This document shows, one piece after another, positions 24,462-32,000 of a stretch of 32,000 nucleotides of DNA. Position 1 is the stretch's first letter. The number at the start of each line of letters is the position of its first letter. Source of the stretch: Wallemia ichthyophaga EXF-994 (Eukaryota; Fungi; Basidiomycota); the NCBI RefSeq assembly GCF_000400465.1, contig NW_008806287.1:120001-152000 (forward strand), in the 5' to 3' direction. The notes below the pieces were generated by a model. It worked only from the letters and a program-made list of their open reading frames with translations. It ran no database searches and had not been told where the DNA came from. A program made the position numbers and the translations under genes.

Positions 24462-26880
24462 TCAGACTGTCCTGGGGCTCCATTCTTTAATATCTCTGCG
24501 ACTTTGAGTACAGACACGTGTACTAGGAATAACATTAGAATTCCCGCTCACAAAATTTAGCCTTGACTCACTTTGTTCTAGAGTAACAACCGGTGCTATC
24601 TTTTCCAAAATAGGAACTGACTTCAACAATACACCTGCAGCCAAAGATATCATCTGCAATTATTGTCAATTGTGTCTGCGTAATCTCTATCCTCATACCT
24701 TAATGTAGATGAGCGGTAACAACGACCAAGTTGAACACAGTGGCTCTTCAGCTACTGCATCTAACATTTGTGCAGCTGCTTTGACTGCTGCAGTAGCATA
24801 CCTCCAACGTTCACTAGAAGAACTAAAGTTATCAGCTTGATCGTAAGCATTGGAATCTCCAATTGAAATCTGGTTGATGTAAAGCCGAGCAAAGAGGTAG
24901 AACAATGTTAAAGATGTGGCAGGCCATTGATCGGCTGCGCTAACTGAATATTTAATTAGCATTCTCATCTTAGCAACTAAATAAAAATTAACCTACGAGC
25001 TGATTCAGGTAGGTTGATGCGCCTCCAACTTTCCAACTCCTCATTCCATGTATCTAAGCAGCTTTTTGTGTCAGCTGTACCAGCATCTAACCAGTCACGA
25101 CTGTCTAATAATTGTCGAGCTTGTCTAAGTAATGTACATATCCTGGCGTGAGCAACTAACTGCTTGTCACGATTATGGTCTGCTGGATGTCCTGGAGCTG
25201 ATGCTTCTAAAAGCAACGTACAAAATGATGTTGGATCATACGTCTTTGATGGTCTGCTGGAGTAAAATGACGCCTGGCTTTCGACAACCTGGTATTACTT
25301 AGCTAAAGTTATTAAGTGGCTAATTAACTCACATATGTAAATAGCCATAGTCTCAGCCAGTTCTCCAACCCAAGTTGTCTACGGGGAGGTAAATATCCGC
25401 AGGCCTCACCAATTGTCATTTGAGGTGGCACCGAAAGCATAGAAGTCTTCAAGAAACCTCTGGCCCATTTGAAAGCTACTTGTGCAAGCGCATGAGACGT
25501 TGTGCCAAATCCGTCTGCATTTTGTTTCTTCATATCAGGTCTTGTTGACACATCGCAAAATACCGAAGCAATGCACATTGCTACAATTTCTTCTGGCCCA
25601 ATTCCCATTTCAAGATCCAGATCATCATTATCAATCGCATCTTGATTATCGACCAAATAATGTTGAGTAATTGCAGGCTTAAAGGAGAAGTCGTCCAAAT
25701 CCACCATGAGATTACTAACAAGAGATCTGAAACTTTCCGAAGGTACTCTCTCAGATGCCGCCAGGCAGATAACACCTATAATGAGTGGTGTCAAAGTTGG
25801 TCTACCTTCAGGCAGGTATGGGAAATGACCAATCTGAAGTCTAAATCCAAACAATTGGCCAGAAAGGTTCGTATGAAAGAAGTCTACCAATTCTTCCGCT
25901 GACCTTTGTGAAACTAGACCCTTTTTAATAACATTTGGACGGGGATCAAGAGAACCACTACCCAAAGCCTTGAGCTCTTCCTGAGAAGCACTTGCAACGA
26001 TATCATGTGATGTTGAAGGTTGGCCTGGAAACACTGATGGGATACCAACTGGTTCAAAAGACATAGCGTCAATGTCTGACAGAGACTTCTCTGGTTTCGT
26101 TGAGACAACGTTCTCCGGATCGAGAAGTTCATCTAAGATACTCAAGAATCCTGAGGTTGCGTTACGTTCATTTGAGTGGTCCTCGTCTAGCTTGATTGTA
26201 TTAGTTGTATTGTTTACATGTGTCTGAGCCAATAACGCAGAAGCACCAGATAAGGTAGTATGATTAGGAACGGAGAAAGGTGAAAGAGGGCCATGATCCT
26301 TTGGATGATTGAAATCAATGCTGCCCTTGAGTAAGGAGGATTGTTCGTTGTTTGAATTATCTGAGGATTTACGGGTGACTGCAGACGTCGGTGGTGAAAG
26401 CTGTCCAGAAGACGGGAAGTTAGGTGGATTGCTGAGTTGTTGGCTGCTTCCAATATGATTAAAAAAGTTCTCCATGTTTTGACTCATTGCTTCTATCTTA
26501 TCAGTCAAGTGACTCAATCGGTCTTCAACCGATGCTTGCCATTCGTCGTCCTTAGAATATCAATATAATCCCAATTATTAGTTTATAGCTTACGTGTGCT
26601 CTAGTTCTAAATCTACATTCCACTCCTGTGCTCATGCACCTTTTGCATGGTTCCCCTGGAACGGGAATTTCACATTTCAGCTTTAAAAAGAGAATGAGTT
26701 AGATCATTTGAAGCTCGCCGCACTTACTTTTGCTCTCCTGCAAGTCAAGCACGCTTTCTGCTTCTTCATTTTAACGATTGGCTCACCACGCGAGTCCATT
26801 GATTGTATAGGGATTACGCTGGTGTCGTCGGTGGTGTGGCTCTGTTTAGCTCTCTTATTTTGGTGCTGATGGGTTGACAT
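24462..26880 (-). CDS. Zn(II)2Cys6 fungal transcription factor
   Basis: The spliced N-terminus MSTHQHQNKRAK...KQKACLTCRRAK|LKCEIPVPGEPCKRCMSTGVECRF has six Cys in the binuclear-cluster spacing. The middle homology region lies in ORF 25324-26517 and later exons. The 3' exon boundaries are approximate. Confidence 0.88.
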
Positions 26881-26962
26881 GATAATTCAATCTTCACGAT
26901 ACATATTAAAGGAAACAATTTATCTCATTTCGGTAGTTACCTCATTGAGTGATAATGAAAAA

Positions 26963-28595
26963 TTACTTTCCTATTTTGGATTTCTTCCGCTCTCTATGGT
27001 TTTGCCGTTTTTCTTCCTGTATTTGCTTACGTTTGTTGAGCTTTCCTTCATGTTCCTCACATCCAATATTGTTTCCAAGCAATCTGCAACAACTCAAACA
27101 GGCTTTGCGCAAGCACTTGCCGAATGCAGCAGAATCACATCCTTCTCCAATGCATTTCAGTATCTCCTTTTTCACTAAGAGCTCTCTTTGTGGTAGGGAG
27201 GTCTCTTCTGTTAACTTTTTCACCTCTTTTGCCCAAGTTAGAATTTTGTCTCAGATATGAATGAAAGACATACCACTGTCCTGTTTATTATCAACTAAGT
27301 CGCCTTCATTGACATTGACAGGACGCATGTAAGGCTGTGCGTAGAAAAATGGCACCGATCTATAGCCATTCTCATCCAGTTGTGGTACATTTGACAATTC
27401 ATCCTCTGCTACGTACGCTTCATCGGATTTTATTCTCCTCTCAAATTCCTCGATAATTTCTTTCCACTCCTTGTCGTTACCTCTACCTAATCTTTCCCGC
27501 AAATCTGGCCATCTACTCAGACAAGGCTTGAATATCTTGAAAAGGTGAGACTTTTGAGCACTGACAGCTGTTTCCGTTTTAAGGGAGTTTACTATTTCTA
27601 GGTATTCCTTAGCAAGTTTAATAACAGATGGATGCCTCGCTTTATCACTGAAAATCGCAGGGTTGTATAAGTTACCCTTGGTGGAGTGAGATTGGTAATC
27701 AACTTTGAAAAGTCCTCACCTCTGCAGACATTATTCCATCGCAACCGGTTGCTTCAAGGCATTTATCAACATCCTCGTGATATAAAATATTACCATTGGC
27801 AAAAACAGGAACGTTAACGGCATCTTTAACTGCCTTAATCTTATCCCAGTCTGCTAGGCCCTGGGACAATCAGATATCCACCTTTATAAACCAAAATCAC
27901 GTACCGTTTGTTGACCCTTCATTTCACGAGTGCGTCCATGCACGCTCAGAATTTGTGCACCTGCTCGCTCAAGAAGTTGAGCGTATTCGACGGTCCGTTG
28001 TACATCATCAAGGACTCTAAATTTAGCTGTTACAGGAGTTTCCTCAAGATTCTCATGTAGAGTATTGACTGATATCGTTAGCTGTAGCTTTGAGTAATTA
28101 TGTACGACTAACTCAATTTGTAAATTAAATCTTGATCCTCTTGTAGCCAAGAACCATAACGACCACGTCTCGCAATGTGCTATAGGAATTAGGTCATTGA
28201 TTTAACTAACGACAAAGACGCACCTGTGGGCAACCCAAATTCAAATCGACAGCATCGCACTTTCCTTCAAGATCTTTTGCGGATTCTAATAGCAACTGAG
28301 GGTCATTGGCTGCGAACTGGACTATTAGCGGCCTATCGAGACCAATCAAACCTTCTTCGTTATTAATCTTATCAAACCACATTTTCTTATTAGAATCGGA
28401 TTTTAATTGAGCATATTGCTTTGTGTTTATCATTGGTGTGTATGCCAAAGTAGCGCCATATCTGCGTGAGAGAATTCTCCAAGCAAGCTCAGACTGATCA
28501 ACCATAGGAGCGACTATTTTCTTTGGTCTGCCAAAAGACTCATAAAGATCCCAACCAGCCAGTTTCCTTGATTTTTGCTCAACGGATGATTCCAT
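26963..28595 (-). CDS. DUS1: tRNA-dihydrouridine(16/17) synthase Dus1
   Basis: [49 protein letters not shown] and [14 protein letters not shown]. The C-terminal module is Cys-rich (CxxxxC...CxxxxCxxCC...CxxH). Confidence 0.93.
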
Positions 28596-28624
28596 GTCTT
28601 TGTGGTTAACGACGATCAAAAGAA

Positions 28625-29606
28625 ATGTCAAAACCCAGAATTTTGGGTGAGTCTGACAACAATTGTCGCGTTGAAATAGCTGATGATACAAGTGTTACAC
28701 GGATGTTTGTGAATGTTGCACAAGTTTTGGATACAGCTAATTTTTATAGACACTCAATCAGCTTACATATTATCAAAGAAGATTGGCGCAATAAGGAAGG
28801 CTGTGAGTGTTTTTACGCGTCTATAAACCATTTCTCATTCTTTAAAGCTCAAAGATAGCTGTGATTTGCACTTCATTGACGGTCCCTTGGAATTAGATAA
28901 GACTGATATGCCTAACGCTGAAATGTACGATAGTATGTTTGTGGATTCAGCTCCAAGAGCTTGGTATGTCCTTAGACATAATCACAAGACCGATAACATG
29001 GACTGTGGGTTCCGTTCCGAGATGCGATCATGCATTAATTAAATTCAGTCAAGTATTTTGAAAAGTCTTGGACCTTTCTAAAGGAATTACTATCGGAAAA
29101 CAAGTACGATGGCATCTTTGGCTTCAGTCAAGGTGCGGGCTTCGCAGCTGCCCTAGCAGGTGTACTGGCAAACCCAGACTCAAAACCTGAATTTAAAGGT
29201 GTGCATCCACCTTTCAAGTTCTGTATCACTGTTGGTGGCTTTAAAGTCGTCGACAAGGCGTACGAAGATATTTATCCCCTTCCGAGGTCCGGTGAAAAAA
29301 CTCACTTCTTGCACGTGACGGGCGAAAACGACATGATAGTTACGCCAGAAAGAAGTGCAACTCTCATTGACAATAGCCCAAATTGTCGCCTTGAAAAACA
29401 CCCGGGTGGTCACTGTGAGTTGAACGTGAATCACATGGATTTTGTTGACGATGAACATAGTCGTGCCATCAAGTGCTCCTTGGCGCCACTTCTTTGTTAG
29501 GTACATTAGTAGCTTCACAGAAGGCGGTGATCAGGGTAACGTTGTTGGACCTCAACCCACTCCGGAAGCTGTGGTTGTAAAGTCACTTCAGGGCAAATCT
29601 CTCTAG
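28625..29606 (+). CDS. FSH1/OVCA2-family serine hydrolase
   Basis: Spliced MSKPRIL(V)LHG(Y)TQSA..., with nucleophile elbow DGIFGFSQGAGFAAAL, LHVTGENDMIV and HPGGH|FVPSSAPWRHFF. It includes a 12-nt microexon at 28693-28704. Confidence 0.9.
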
Positions 29607-29700
29607 GTAACGGAAATACCTAATTGATAGAATAAGGACTATATCTGAAATATTCACTACATATATATCAACTTCGTACAAATTATATCCGTAACTGGGT

Positions 29701-31210
<1,510 letters not shown>

Positions 31211-31380
31211 ATTAAATTGATTACGTAGTTGGTGTGAAAGGGTTACTAGCCCCAATTTACATTTAACATCATGTATAAAATTGTTACTTTCGTTTAAACA
31301 GACTTTCCAAATTTCTTTTATTTGTATGTTTGTGTGTTCCCCTGGATGATCACTTCACTTAAGATTGATTGCTGGGTTCC

Positions 31381-32000
31381 TTACTCTTTTTCTGAGAGGT
31401 ACGCTTTGCGATTATACGTTGCTTGATCTCTAAGCCATTGCCTGTAAGACTTCAAGCTTACAATAGACTCGCCGTAGTAATCTAACTATGTAAGCTTGTG
31501 CAATGAGACAATAAATTGCACCCACCAGGAACTGGATTTTGAACTGATTGTCTTGCAGGATCTACCCTCTTCTTCATAACTGCAGTTGTAAACATTTACC
31601 ACCTCTAAACTATTAAATGCACTCACTATGATGGAAAAATAGTCTCTCTTTGATCTCATACTCAGGTAATTTTGACTTATGTAGGAATTTCCAGATGGAA
31701 GTACCTAAAGATGGACCAGTTAACCATCCAAGTGCGCCACATCCCATCTATTTTTGTCAAATGATCCAAATTTAGAGGATAAAGACTCACTGATGCAATC
31801 GAGTAAACCCAAATTGCTTCAATACCTGACGATTGTTATTCCTGCTAGACTAAATAACGTAAACAAACCAAATATGACTTGATTAGGATCAAACGAAGAA
31901 AAGTAGCTTGCACCACCAAAGAAACCACCTAAGGTGGTTGGTATGCTAGCTATAGCGTCATATCTGTCTAGTTAAGGTATTAAATATAAGCCAATAACCC
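31381..32000 (-). CDS. PAM17: Presequence translocase-associated motor subunit Pam17; 5' end outside the window
   Basis: A manual splice gives ...MGCGALGWLTGPSLGTSIW...KRVDPARQSVQNPVP|DYYGESIVSLKSYRQWLRDQATYNRK-stop at 31381, the Pam17 C-terminal signature. Not in the ORF track. Confidence 0.9.

Overview
Eukaryotic, fungal DNA from a very compact genome: short introns of about 45-60 nt, basidiomycete-like proteins and intergenic gaps mostly under 200 bp. A Wallemia-like organism is my inference and is not proven. The window holds 16 intron-containing or short housekeeping genes: VPS36 (partial), NUD1/cdc11-like LRR, RIO1, an ACBP-TM protein, RAD7, YPT1, a UPF0739/C1orf74-like gene, DIS3/RRP44, RSM19, AMMECR1, RTP1/TANGO6, a Zn2Cys6 transcription factor, DUS1, an FSH1-like hydrolase, a PKA catalytic subunit and PAM17 (partial). 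There is also a candidate box C/D snoRNA. The striking feature is a 7.1-kb gene-free gap between YPT1 and the UPF0739-like gene, almost entirely filled by one 6,620-bp structure. Two 2,656-bp inverted arms (9841-12496 and 13805-16460) flank a unique AT-rich 1,308-bp core. A manual base-by-base comparison of the arms found 2 mismatches and no indels. The structure encodes no protein and has no target-site duplication. Its architecture resembles the inverted-repeat centromeres of Komagataella phaffii and Candida tropicalis, so it is a candidate inverted-repeat centromere in a basidiomycete-like fungus. Gene models were spliced by eye, so exon boundaries are approximate.
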